Below, piece by piece: positions 7,801 to 16,122 of a stretch of DNA of 64,000 nt. The translations under genes and the position numbers were made by a program. Source of the stretch: Burkholderiales bacterium. Lineage in GTDB: Bacteria; Pseudomonadota; Gammaproteobacteria; Burkholderiales; CAIKXV01. The stretch lies in NCBI GenBank assembly GCA_038205245.1, contig JBBRCD010000003.1, forward strand, positions 5,794-69,793. The letters are read 5' to 3'. Within the stretch, counting starts at the first letter, position 1, and the number at the start of each line of letters is the position of its first letter. Under the pieces are notes generated by a model. The model saw only the letters and a list, made by a program, of their open reading frames with translations, did no database searches and had not been told where the DNA came from.

Positions 7801-10634
7801 GCGCCGGTCACCACCTCGGCGGTTGCGGAATTGGTGATCGTGATGTTGGTGACGCCGTTGTTCACCGGGAACACGCGGATCACCGCGGTCTGCTGCACAT
7901 TGGCCGCGATCGACGCCCAGGTGCAGGTGACCTGGGTCACTGGTGGAGCATTGGTCGTGCAGACGCCCCCGCCGCTCACCGACTGGATCGAACCGAACAC
8001 CACCTGCGCCGGCAACGTGTCGACGAAACGCACCTGGCCGGAGGCCACGCCGTTGACCGGCGCATTGTTGTTGCGGATGGTGAGTGTGTAGTCGAGCGGC
8101 AGTCCGGCCTGCAGTGTGCCCGGCGGGTTGGCGGTCTTGGCGAGCTGCAGATCAACCGCAGCCTCGATCTGCGTGTTGATCGTGGCCGAGTTGTCGTTGA
8201 GGTTCGGGTCGCCGACATCGGGCGAGATCACGCTGGCGGTGTTCGGTCGGGTTGCCGGAAACGGCCCGTTGTCGCGCGCCCGGATACGCACCGTGATCAC
8301 CGTCTGCGGCGCGCCGCTGGCGATCGTGCCCAGCGGACAGGTGAGGCGCCCGGTGCCACTGTTGAACGAGCAGGCCGGTCCCGCGGGCAACACGGTGGCA
8401 TCGATGAAGCTCGCGTTCAGCAGATCATCGGTGACGCTCACATTGGTTGCGGCGTTCGGGCCGAGATTGTCCACACGCAGGGTGTAGGTGAGGATTGCGC
8501 CCCACTGGGTGGTGCCGCTGTCGGACTTGAGGATGCGCAGGTCGGCCAGGGTCGCGGTGCGAGTGAGCGTGGTCGCGCCGCACCCGGTGGTGCCGGCAAT
8601 GCCGCCGCCCGAGACGGCGGTACAGGCACTGTTGGTGATCGCGTCCGGCCCGACACCGAGCGCTTGCACCACTGCCGTGTACTCGATCGCCGGGAAGTCC
8701 GCACCCGGCCCGAACGGCGCGCCCAGCGTGCGGGTGCAGGTCAGCGTGCGAGTGGGCGCATCGACGCTGCATGACCAGCCAGGTGACAGCACTACAGTTG
8801 GCGCGCTAAGCGAGGCAGGCAGGGTGTCGGTGACCGTCACCGTCGCCCCGGTGGGAATCGGCACATTACCGTTCGCGCGCGGGGTCACCCGATAGCGCAC
8901 GGTGGTGCCGACACCCACGACGCTGGTCGGTGGCGCCGGAATCAGCACCGACTTGCCGGTCGTCATGTTGTTGTTCTGTGCTGCCGCACCGCCGTTGGTG
9001 AAGGTGGAACTGTCGTTCGCCGGATTCGAATCGATCAGCACGCCACCGATCTTGGACACGGTTGCAGTGTTGGTGATGGTCGCGTTGTCGGTCGCGGTCA
9101 CCCGAAGCGTGATGTCCGGCAGCGTGGTCGCCGGGCTGCCGACCACTGCGGCCGGATGCTCGCAGGTGAGCGTCGGCGCGGCGAACACGCATGACCAGGG
9201 CGCGGCCGCGGTCACCGACACGAAGGCGAGATTCGCGGGCAGCGTGTCGACCACCCGGATCAGGCCGTCGGTCGTGGACGGGCCGTTGTTGCGGGCGCGC
9301 AGCATGAAGTTGAACGGCACGCCGACCACCACCGAACCCGGGCCGGTCTTGTCGATCGACAGGTCGGTCCCGGCCGCCTGCACTGTCACCGACTGGGAGG
9401 CGGTGTTGTTCGACAGGTCGGGGTCCGGAGTGGCCGAAGCGATGGTCGCGCTGTTCGGCTGGACGCCGACGCCGGTGGCGGTGGTCTGGTAGCTGATCGC
9501 CGGCAGCGCGCCGGTGCCGACCGGACCCGGGCGGGTACAGGTCAACGTCGGCGCGCTGAACGAACAGGCCCACCCGGCGCCACTCGCCGAGCCGCCGACA
9601 AAGGTCAGGCCGGCCGGGATCGTATCGGTGACCGTGATCGGGCCCGCCGCCGGAGACGGTCCGAAGTTGGACGGGTTCAACGTCCAGTTGACCGCGCTGC
9701 CCTGGGGGACCGGGCTCGGCGTGCCCGTCTTGGCGATGCGCATGTCCGCGCCCGGCTGGATCGGCGTGGTCAGATTGAAGTTGTTGTTGACCGGTACCGG
9801 GTCCGAGGTCACCGTCGACTGGATGTTTGCGCCGTTGGTGATGTTGCCGTCGACCTGGGGCCGGATCTGCACGGTAAACGTCGGCGTGGTCGCACCGACC
9901 GCGAGCGGCCCGGGCCGGTCGCAGGTGAGAATCCCCGGCGCCCCCCCGTTGTGCGAACAGGTCCAGCCGTTCTCGGTGTAATTCGCGGCGCCTGCGTAGA
10001 CCGAGCCCACCGGCAGTGTCTCCAGCACCCGTATCGTTCCCGCAGCCGGGAACGGCCCGGCATTGCTGCCACTGACTGTGTAAGACAGCACCGCGCCGGC
10101 AATGAACGGGCCCGCCCCGACGGTTGCCTTGGTCACCGACAGATCGGCACCGACGGTGACCGTCGTCTGCTCGGTTCGATTCGTGTTGTTGACCGGGTTG
10201 GGATCGACCTGCGCCGCGGTGGCGGTCGAGGTGTTGGTGATCACGTTGCCCTGACCGACGATGTCGGCGGCATTGTCCGGCCGCGCGTTGAACACCACGT
10301 CCAGCGTGTCAGCGAGACCGACCGCCGGGAACCCGGAACAGGTGTAGGTGCGCGGCGGCGTGGTCAGCGCGCAGCTGACCCCGGGCGGCGTGGTGATCGA
10401 TACCAGACTCGTGCCCAACGGAAGGGTGTTCACCAGCGACACGCTGGTCGCCGGATCGGGACCGTTGTTGGTGATGCGCACCGTGTAGGCGACGACCGCT
10501 CCGGCAATCACCGGATCCGGGTTGTCCGACACCTGGACGATCAGGTCGGCCTGGGCGAGTGCCTGCCCGGCCGCGCCGAGCAGGCCGAGGCAGAGCAGCA
10601 GCGCGTGCAGAAAACGGCGCAAGCGAACGCTCAT
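1836..10634 (-). CDS. Giant secreted DUF11-repeat fibrillar adhesin-like protein with SdrD-B-like domains (~2,930 aa)
   Basis: Likely start MSVRLRRFLHALLLCLGLLGAAGQALA-Q (Sec signal). About 17-18 repeats of ADLxxxK...YTxxVxNxGP..A..VxVxDxLP...NTAxV...DPxxxNN. The C-terminal region has GxVxxDxNxNG SdrD-B-like domains and a short alpha/beta tail. Confidence 0.9.
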   Translation of the reverse strand: MSVRLRRFLHALLLCLGLLGAAGQALAQADLIVQVSDNPDPVIAGAVVAYTVRITNNGPDPATSVSLVNTLPLGTSLVSITTPPGVSCALTTPPRTYTCSGFPAVGLADTLDVVFNARPDNAADIVGQGNVITNTSTATAAQVDPNPVNNTNRTEQTTVTVGADLSVTKATVGAGPFIAGAVLSYTVSGSNAGPFPAAGTIRVLETLPVGSVYAGAANYTENGWTCSHNGGAPGILTCDRPGPLAVGATTPTFTVQIRPQVDGNITNGANIQSTVTSDPVPVNNNFNLTTPIQPGADMRIAKTGTPSPVPQGSAVNWTLNPSNFGPSPAAGPITVTDTIPAGLTFVGGSASGAGWACSFSAPTLTCTRPGPVGTGALPAISYQTTATGVGVQPNSATIASATPDPDLSNNTASQSVTVQAAGTDLSIDKTGPGSVVVGVPFNFMLRARNNGPSTTDGLIRVVDTLPANLAFVSVTAAAPWSCVFAAPTLTCEHPAAVVGSPATTLPDITLRVTATDNATITNTATVSKIGGVLIDSNPANDSSTFTNGGAAAQNNNMTTGKSVLIPAPPTSVVGVGTTVRYRVTPRANGNVPIPTGATVTVTDTLPASLSAPTVVLSPGWSCSVDAPTRTLTCTRTLGAPFGPGADFPAIEYTAVVQALGVGPDAITNSACTAVSGGGIAGTTGCGATTLTRTATLADLRILKSDSGTTQWGAILTYTLRVDNLGPNAATNVSVTDDLLNASFIDATVLPAGPACSFNSGTGRLTCPLGTIASGAPQTVITVRIRARDNGPFPATRPNTASVISPDVGDPNLNDNSATINTQIEAAVDLQLAKTANPPGTLQAGLPLDYTLTIRNNNAPVNGVASGQVRFVDTLPAQVVFGSIQSVSGGGVCTTNAPPVTQVTCTWASIAANVQQTAVIRVFPVNNGVTNITITNSATAEVVTGATDPDASNNTATVDNTITPGSADLVVNKTVSPDPVAQGQQTTFTVRVTNNGPSRASNGAVLDALPPAAGVFTFVVGSLSTTAGTCTFNPGPNSVTCDFGDLQVGQIATVTYRLLANGLGTETNTATASSNTPDPNTANNSVSRDATSRVGADLSITKTGAPRVAVGGNATYTLQVSNAGPGAARSVTVTDTLPAGFTFVSGTFVGVTGNGVCTAAGQVVSCVIPSTAGNELPVGTNLVTLTIVATATAAAAQNVINTAAVTSGFNPDPTPGNNSATAPTVVVRPMTGVKVFNPNPTPAGGVSQLTLTLNNVNGFAVTGTSVTDNLPALPAQMVVAALPAATTTCAGGSVTALAGAASFTLSGATIPASGSCIVRVNVTAPLAGTYTNTVPAGGITSSDEPLANSQAGFSAPLTVLTPTTLAIAKVAGSAEFTAGAQATYTITVSNSGGFATVGTLSVTDTLPAGLTFVSATGSGWACGAVGQAVTCSSSTVIAAGGSGNAITLTVNVTAAAVPQVINTAQASGGGAVNTPSATAITPVRAAADLAMAKASSNPNPLPGVPYNYTLTVTNAGPNTATGVLVNDPLPAGLTFNAVVSATQGSYNPASGQWTVGTVANGASATLVISVSRAGAPPTITNVGTVSATEFDPNLSNNTAQVTVPQGVADLSLTKVVSNATPPVGSNVTFTIVVTNNGPDGASGVRVGDQLPAGYTFVSAAPGQGGFNPATGVWTVGTLLAGNSATLSLVARVNPSGSYLNVAQVTASDQFDPNSTPNNFSPSRPLENDEATATVTPTPVANLRAVKAGPATVSPGGALVYSIVITNLGPSAANGALFSDPVPTGVVITSALCGGELGGAVCGAVGVAGQNVTSTIATLPAGGAVTFTITGNAPASGVLSNRAQVVTPVGVADPDDPGRVGAGNNSSTVLTQIQTVSVAKTVVDDNGNTLLPNETVTWTIAIGNPSGETIINSRLIDSIPTNTTYVPGTTTLNGAAVADVGGTSPLAAGGLAINTPGQPSGVLTVGGAPALVTFRTRVNANVVPGTAISNQASLSGQGQGSGLPVSQLSDDPTTPPAPDPTRIFVGGAPVLESEKTVVDDNGGILLVGETLTYTIVLTNRGSASTTNVRLADPIPVNATYLPGSLRYTPVGGSEGTLTDAADADAGDFGVTAGNTVSINVGSLAAGQSVRLRFRVTVTAGPIVSNQAVITSDQLPPIRSDGDGDPSNGSQPTDIVVGNSPLLRQTKSVLDLNGGSVQQGDVLEYVIVTRNLGSVAATNVVITDALPPANTVYLPNSTNSNGVAVADAGGASALVGGLGIGSLLPGQVHVIRFRVTINPAAPTGTVIDNQSFFVADGAGAGDGPARGRSDSDLDDGIETGNDGANPNDDDPTRVVIGGAPGSSTVAGLVYLDLNSNRVFDSPDQAQPGWIAELLRNGALLSTTQTDSSGNYVFRGVTPGSGYQIRFRNPATGVVFGRAQSTEAGVSLADGTIRNLTLAPGANVVNQNLPLDPSGVIYNAVTRQPVGGVPVFLDGPPGFDPATHLLPGQQGQTTANSGVTAGMYRFDVNFAGGAPFGVYTLRFSTPPGFLTGLPGAPSTLLPPSPSSAGCIAANCLQVPNTPPDPFLVQANFGPPAAGAPTTYYVRFNFTGLGNANVIHNHIPIDPVLGGAIVIVKTTPRINVSRGDLVPYTITATSMLSAPLSGINVVDTIPPGFRYRLGSATLDGVPLEPQVNGRVLTWPNQSFGPAQRRIFRMVLVIGSGVQEGEYVNQVVAINGTTGSAASNVATAAVRIVPDPTFDCSDLIGKVWNDRNANGIQDADEPGLPNVRLATARGLLVTTDAEGRYHIVCADVPNEERGANFVLKIDERTLPSGFRMTTENPGLVRMTRGRMAQLNFGAAMLRVVRVEVSAQAFEAGTERLLSEWQAKFDELPARIRDQTSVVRIAYQITPALAGDGDRAKRRVRALSDLMRKLWSKQNCCYALTVEEEIAGGGR

Positions 10635-10914
10635 CTGCACTGACACCCCGAACCTTTGCGCGTGGTGGCACCGACCGACCGACATATTCGATTCAGCAAA
10701 GCAAGACCCTGGTCGTCAACGCGCGCACCTGATATAAGCCCCGCCCAACTGCAACCGTCCAGCGATCGCACCCGGTGTGCACCCTGCAGGCAGATCCGCA
10801 GGCACATCACAACATAGGAAACATCCACCAACCGCGGACGAGTCTAGTGCAGACCGGCACGCAGCGTCGCGCAATAGTTGGCAGGCGATCCAGTGAAACC
10901 TGCGCAGCAAGGCG

Positions 10915-11979
10915 TCACCGATACAGCCCCTGCTTCGACAACCAGTCCTGGATCAGTTGCGCGATCTCGCCGTTATTGCGGTCCATCATCATCATGTGCG
11001 AGTTGCCCCGGATACCGGTCTTGGGCAGATCCACCACCTCGTAGCGCGCGCCGGCGCGCCCGGCAGCTTCGAGAAACTTCACGCCGTTGGCGCGAATGGT
11101 CGGCCAGCGTGCATCCTGCTCGATGTAGTCGCCATAGACCGCGAGCATCGGTACGTCCTTGAGTCGCTCGACCTGTTTCGGGTCACCGACCCCGGCTGGC
11201 TCGACCAGGACCAGCGCGCGCACCAGATCGGGACGCGCCTGCGCAACACGGAAGCCGAACTGACCCGCCTGCGAATGCACCAGCACCACACACGGACAGA
11301 CCTTCTCCACCAGTTGCAGATAGGCGGCGATGGTCGGCGCATCGGTGGTGGTCCAGCGCGGCACAATCTGCCGGGTGAAGTTCATGTAGCCGTCGATCAC
11401 CGGGAACTGGTTGCCCGGCAGCACCTTCGCCCGGGACAGGTCGCGATTGAACGACTTCTCTCCGGTGCCGATGCGGAAGCGCTCGAACGGATTGTCGATG
11501 GTCAGAAACACCGGGTCGCCAGGCAGGATGTCCGGAAACATCGCCCAGCCGGCACGGCCGCGCTCGACTGCGTCCGAGTTGTAGACCGACCAGCCGCGGC
11601 GCAGGAACCAGTTCAGCCAGCCCTCGCGCCCGTCGGGCGTGGTCTCGTAGGTCACCCCGCTCAGCCCGCCGCCATGCCACATCAGGATCGGCACCGCGCC
11701 GCGCCGATTGGCCGGAATGAAGTACTGCACATACATCTGCTCGACCTGATAGATGCCGTTCGGGTCGACCCTGGCCGGTACACCGCCCGGGGTGAACAGC
11801 ACTTCTTTCACCGGCCGGCCCTTTATTTCGACTTCCCGCCCGCCGATATGAAAGGAACCCATGTCCTGCAGCGCGAACGGCGCCTGGGACGCGCAACCGG
11901 CCACCAGCAGTATCGATGCAGCGCTGCCGAGCCGCGCAACGATGCGCGCAACCGATGTCCAACCATTGACGATCGACAT
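10915..11979 (-). CDS. Alpha/beta-hydrolase (esterase-like) lipoprotein
   Basis: GAGGAGG RBS before ATG 11979; lipobox LLVAGC; HGGG oxyanion motif, VHSQAG nucleophile elbow, GNSHMMM catalytic His. Confidence 0.8.
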   Translation of the reverse strand: MSIVNGWTSVARIVARLGSAASILLVAGCASQAPFALQDMGSFHIGGREVEIKGRPVKEVLFTPGGVPARVDPNGIYQVEQMYVQYFIPANRRGAVPILMWHGGGLSGVTYETTPDGREGWLNWFLRRGWSVYNSDAVERGRAGWAMFPDILPGDPVFLTIDNPFERFRIGTGEKSFNRDLSRAKVLPGNQFPVIDGYMNFTRQIVPRWTTTDAPTIAAYLQLVEKVCPCVVLVHSQAGQFGFRVAQARPDLVRALVLVEPAGVGDPKQVERLKDVPMLAVYGDYIEQDARWPTIRANGVKFLEAAGRAGARYEVVDLPKTGIRGNSHMMMMDRNNGEIAQLIQDWLSKQGLYR

Positions 11980-12078
11980 GAAACCTCCTCCGCCCTTCGG
12001 GCTGTTTAGTTGTTGTTGTCTGCCTGCATCCTGCGGTGTGACCCTGCGCGGGGTAATCGGACACCCCGGGAGCAGAGC

Positions 12079-12825
12079 ATGATCGGTCTGACCATCCCGC
12101 TCATCTTCATTCTGGCGATCGCGCTGGCCGTGGTCTACGCCTTGTGGCAACAGGCGAAACGCCAAGCCTTCATCCGCGAGACGCTGCTGCCGCGCGGGCT
12201 GCTCGACTCGTTTATCCTGCCATTTTCCGAACTCGCGCTCAAGGACCGGCAACTGGTGGCGCGCGGGCTGCGCAAGTTCTTTCTGGCATGGGTCAGGGCC
12301 GGAAAACAGCCGGTCGCGATGCGCTCCCGCGTGGTGGATGCGCTATGGCTCGCGTTCTCCCGACAGCAAACCGGGTACGCGCGCTACTGCAGGCAGGCGC
12401 TCGGCCGCACGCTGCCGCTGACACCGACCGTCGCCCTGAGCCAGGCCCCGGAGACCAACGCTGCGCTTCGGCGGTGCTGGTGGCATGCCTGCCGCGAAGA
12501 GAACATCGACCCGCGCAAGCCGACACGGCCGCCGCTGCTGTTCGCCCTGGATACCAAGCTCAAGATCCGCGACGGCGTCTACTACTTCACCGACGACTTC
12601 GCCCGCAGGCGCAAGGTCGAGCGTTCCGACGACAGCGGAAACGGCAGCAGCGTGTCGTACGACAGCGAGCGAAGCTGGACGCCAGAGGACCTGCAAGCCG
12701 CCAAGCTTGGCGAGGTCGACCGGGTCCAGGCCGGCGAACACCGGCACCGCTGCCAGCGCCTGCGCCGCGGCTATCGGCTCCTGTCCGTCATTCATCCATC
12801 CGTTCGTTCGTTCGATCGGCGGTAG
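12079..12825 (+). CDS. Conserved hypothetical membrane-anchored protein (glycine-rich-domain-protein-like)
   Basis: N-terminal TM helix; family-like motifs LVARGLRKFF, MRSRVVDALW, LRRCWWHACREENIDPRKPTRPPLLFALDTKL. Confidence 0.6.
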   Translation: MIGLTIPLIFILAIALAVVYALWQQAKRQAFIRETLLPRGLLDSFILPFSELALKDRQLVARGLRKFFLAWVRAGKQPVAMRSRVVDALWLAFSRQQTGYARYCRQALGRTLPLTPTVALSQAPETNAALRRCWWHACREENIDPRKPTRPPLLFALDTKLKIRDGVYYFTDDFARRRKVERSDDSGNGSSVSYDSERSWTPEDLQAAKLGEVDRVQAGEHRHRCQRLRRGYRLLSVIHPSVRSFDRR

Positions 12826-12849
12826 CCAACCCTGCTCACAAGGACCGCA

Positions 12850-13827
12850 TCAATCGACTCGCAGGCCGAGATCCTTCACCACCCGGGACCACTTGACCCG
12901 CTCGCTTCGGATGAACGCCACGAACGCCTCGGGCGTGCTGCCCACCGGCTCCATGCCATCGCGCAGCATGCGCTCGCGCAGCTCCGGCGTCTTCAGCGCC
13001 TTGGCCACCTCGCCCTGCACCCGGTTGACGATCTCACGTGGCGTCGCGGCCGGGGCGGCAAGGCCGTTGAACGAGACCGACTCGAACCCGGGAAAACCGC
13101 TCTCGGCGATGGTCGGCAGATCCGGCAGGGTCTGAAAGCGCTGGGCGCTGGTGATCGCCAGCGCGCGCAACTTGCCGGCGTTGACCTGCGGCATCGAACT
13201 GACCACCTGGTCGAACATCAGGATCACATTGCCGGCCACCAGGTCCTGGATCGCCTGCGGGCTGCCCTTGTACGGCACATGCACCATCTTCAGTCCGCTG
13301 GCGGCGTTGAACAGCTCGGCAGTCATGTGGGTACCCCCGCCGATGCCGGAGGAGGCGAAGGTGAGATCGCCTGGGCGCTTCCGCGCGATGGCGACCAGTT
13401 CCTTGAGGGTGCGAGCCGGTAATGCCGGGTTGGCCACCAGCACCAGCGGCAGGCCGCCGAGCTGGGTGATCGGGGCGAAATCGCGCTCCGGGTCGTAGGC
13501 CAGCACCTTGTACAGATACTGGTTGATCGACATCACGCCGGTAGTGGCAAGCAGCAGCGTGTAGCCGTCCGGGGGCGCCTTCGCCACCAGCTCGGCACCG
13601 ATATTGCCACCGGCCCCGGCCCGGTTGTCTATCGCGAACGACTGACCGATCTGTTCGGTGAGCCGCTGGCCGATCACCCGCGCGGTGACATCGGTCGAAC
13701 CGCCCGGAGAAAACGGCACCACGATGCGGACCGGTTTTACCGGCCAGGCCGGTGCTGGCTGGGCGGCCGCTCCGGCGGACACCAGAACCGCAATCGCGGC
13801 CGACACAATGCGAAACGGAAGCGTCAT
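12850..13827 (-). CDS. Bug/TctC tripartite tricarboxylate transporter substrate-binding protein
   Basis: Signal peptide; WPVKPVRIVVPFSPGGSTD, NRAGAGGNIG, PPDGYTLL, HVPYKG. Confidence 0.93.
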   Translation of the reverse strand: MTLPFRIVSAAIAVLVSAGAAAQPAPAWPVKPVRIVVPFSPGGSTDVTARVIGQRLTEQIGQSFAIDNRAGAGGNIGAELVAKAPPDGYTLLLATTGVMSINQYLYKVLAYDPERDFAPITQLGGLPLVLVANPALPARTLKELVAIARKRPGDLTFASSGIGGGTHMTAELFNAASGLKMVHVPYKGSPQAIQDLVAGNVILMFDQVVSSMPQVNAGKLRALAITSAQRFQTLPDLPTIAESGFPGFESVSFNGLAAPAATPREIVNRVQGEVAKALKTPELRERMLRDGMEPVGSTPEAFVAFIRSERVKWSRVVKDLGLRVD

Positions 13828-13866
13828 TACAGGCTGCCTTTCTGATTTTCGCTGCGGGTGGTCCAT

Positions 13867-14943
13867 CTACTGGCGTACCGTCCATGGACGAAAGAAGTCG
13901 ACCCGGTCGATCGAACTGACCAGCGCGTCGAGCACCAGGCGACCGCGCAGCACACGCAGCTTTATCTTGCTGCCCGCCGGTCCGGCCGCCCACAGCTTCT
14001 CGTAGAACTCGCGCGGCGTGGCCACCGGCTCGGCCGACACTGCGATGATCACATCGCCCTCACGGATGCCCACGCGCTGCGCTGGCGAACGCTCCATCAC
14101 ATGGGCGACCACCACCTTGTGCTCGTGCTCGGCGGTGTAAACGCCCAGCCAGGGACGCGCCGGCGCCGGGTCGCGGCCATGGGCGATCAGATCGGCCAGC
14201 AGCGGCTTGAGCAGATCGATCGGCACGAACATGTTTCCCGGCAGCGCGGTGCCCTGGTCGAGGGCATCGCCGACCCAGAGCGATGCGACACCGACCAGTC
14301 GCCCGGTCGCATCGACCAGGGCCGCGCCGCTGTGTTCGGAACGGCCGGGCACGGTGAACAACGCCTCGGCGAGCATGTACTCCCAGTAGCCGACGAACGG
14401 CCGGCGCGACACCACAGTAGCGGCGCTGGCGCCACCTGCAGCCTCGTGTGCGACGAAAAACAGCGGCTGCATCTCGCGCACCGCAGACGACTCACCCAGA
14501 CTGAGCGGCTGGTCGGTCACCGGCCCGCTGGCACGCAGCAGTCCGAAGCCGGTCGCATGATCGAAGCCGACCACGGTCGCCGAGAGGATCCGGTTGTCAT
14601 GCGTGATCACCAGCACCGACTGTGCCTCGATGATCAGGTAGCCGATGGTGACGATCAGCGTCCCGTCAGCGCCCACCAGATCGCCGGCGTCGATCGCGAT
14701 GCCGGTGCCCTCGCGTTCGGTACCCAGGGTCTGCCCGGTGCGTGCATCATCTATCGTACGCACACTGAGCTTGACGACGGCACGCGCCACCGGCGCGGGA
14801 AATGCGCGTGTCGCCGTCGGATCGTTCGCTGCGCGCCACGCAGCCAGACTGGCGAGGAACAGCGGCACGCTGACCGGTGGCGCCAGGGGCAGCGCGGGCA
14901 GGGGGATCGATTCCCCGCCAGTGGAGTTGGATGCGTTCTGCAC
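13867..14943 (-). CDS. S1C (HtrA-like) trypsin-fold protein with a PDZ domain
   Basis: GTGIAID..IVTIGYLI, HSGAALVD..GRLVGV; C-terminal PDZ (PWLGV..SPAQRVGIREGDVII). Start uncertain. Confidence 0.8.
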   Translation of the reverse strand: MQNASNSTGGESIPLPALPLAPPVSVPLFLASLAAWRAANDPTATRAFPAPVARAVVKLSVRTIDDARTGQTLGTEREGTGIAIDAGDLVGADGTLIVTIGYLIIEAQSVLVITHDNRILSATVVGFDHATGFGLLRASGPVTDQPLSLGESSAVREMQPLFFVAHEAAGGASAATVVSRRPFVGYWEYMLAEALFTVPGRSEHSGAALVDATGRLVGVASLWVGDALDQGTALPGNMFVPIDLLKPLLADLIAHGRDPAPARPWLGVYTAEHEHKVVVAHVMERSPAQRVGIREGDVIIAVSAEPVATPREFYEKLWAAGPAGSKIKLRVLRGRLVLDALVSSIDRVDFFRPWTVRQ

Positions 14944-15009
14944 GCCGCTACTTTACCTCGTACCGGCCCGGCATGGCGTGGCTGCCATGCGATCGGCGCC
15001 GCACCGGCG

Positions 15010-16047
15010 TTACTCCGGCTTCACCCCGGACAACCGTACCAGCTTGCCGAAGCGATCGATCTCGCGGACGAGAAACTGCGCCAGTTCGGCCGGCGTGCCC
15101 CCAACCGGTTCGGCGCCGTCGCGCTCCAGGGCGCTGCGCATGTCCGGATGCTTCAGCGCGCGCACCACCTCCTGCCAGGCGCGATTGACCACCGGATCGG
15201 GGGTCCCCGCCGGGGCAAACAAGGGATACCAGATCGGCATCTCGTAACCGGGCAGCGTCGCGCCCAGCGTCGGCACGTCCGGCCAGGCTGGCGAAGGCCG
15301 GGCACTGGTCAGGCCGATCGCGCGCAGCTTGCCCGCCTTGACCAGTGGCTGGGCGGTGAACAGGCCGACGAAACCGAAGTCGACCTCGCCGCCGAGGACC
15401 GCACCGACCGCTGGCGCGGAGCCCTTGTACGGCACATGGGTGAGCTCGACGCCGGCCTGGGTACCGAGCAGCACACCGGCGAGGTGAGTGGTGGTCCCGG
15501 ATCCGCTGGACGAGTAGTTCAGCCCGCCCTGCTTCGCCTTTTTCGCCAGGGCAATCAGCTCGCGCGCCGAGCGGGCCGGCACCGACGGGTGGGTGATCAG
15601 CACCAGCGGTGCAGTCGCCACAAGCGACACCGGTGCCAGGTCCCGGGTCGGGCTGAACCCGAGCTTCGCGTACAGGCTCACATTGATCGCGATCGCCGAG
15701 GTGGTGATCAGCAGCGTGTAGCCATCGGGCAGTGACCGCGCGACGAACTCTGCGCCGACATTGCCGCCTGCGCCCGGCCGGTTCTCCACCAGCACAGGTT
15801 GACCGAGCGACTCGGTGAATCGATTGCCGAGCAGCCGGCCAATGACGTCCGGGCCACCGCCTGGCGCAAACGGTGCCACCAGCCGGATCGGCTTGGCCGG
15901 CCAGGACTGCGCGTTCGTCCAGGGCGCGACCAGCGCAAGCGCCAGCAGCAATACGAATGGCACTGGCTGATCGATCGGGCGTCGCATCGGCTGTCGCGCC
16001 GGATAAAGCGTCGGGGGTCGCATCGAGTGTCGCATCAACTGTCGCAT
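15010..16047 (-). CDS. Bug/TctC substrate-binding protein
   Basis: GAGGAGG RBS before ATG 16047; WPAKPIRLVAPFAPGGGPD, ENRPGAGG, DGYTLL, HVPYKG. Confidence 0.9.
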   Translation of the reverse strand: MRQLMRHSMRPPTLYPARQPMRRPIDQPVPFVLLLALALVAPWTNAQSWPAKPIRLVAPFAPGGGPDVIGRLLGNRFTESLGQPVLVENRPGAGGNVGAEFVARSLPDGYTLLITTSAIAINVSLYAKLGFSPTRDLAPVSLVATAPLVLITHPSVPARSARELIALAKKAKQGGLNYSSSGSGTTTHLAGVLLGTQAGVELTHVPYKGSAPAVGAVLGGEVDFGFVGLFTAQPLVKAGKLRAIGLTSARPSPAWPDVPTLGATLPGYEMPIWYPLFAPAGTPDPVVNRAWQEVVRALKHPDMRSALERDGAEPVGGTPAELAQFLVREIDRFGKLVRLSGVKPE

Positions 16048-16122
16048 CGGGTTTTTCTCCTCCTCACTGGCTGTTTTTTGGGTGGGTGCCACAGTGTAGC
16101 GCCATGCTATCGTCGCCGCGCC

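Noticed and set aside
3195-8774. 1,859-aa plus-strand ORF and other long antisense ORFs (e.g. 19486-21732, 13858-15735)
   Set aside because: Shadow frames opposite well-supported genes in high-GC DNA; Arg/Gly-rich with no motifs.
10640-10910. c-di-GMP riboswitch upstream of the adhesin
   Set aside because: Only a CGCAAAG fragment is present; the GGCAAAC..GAAA two-stem architecture is missing.
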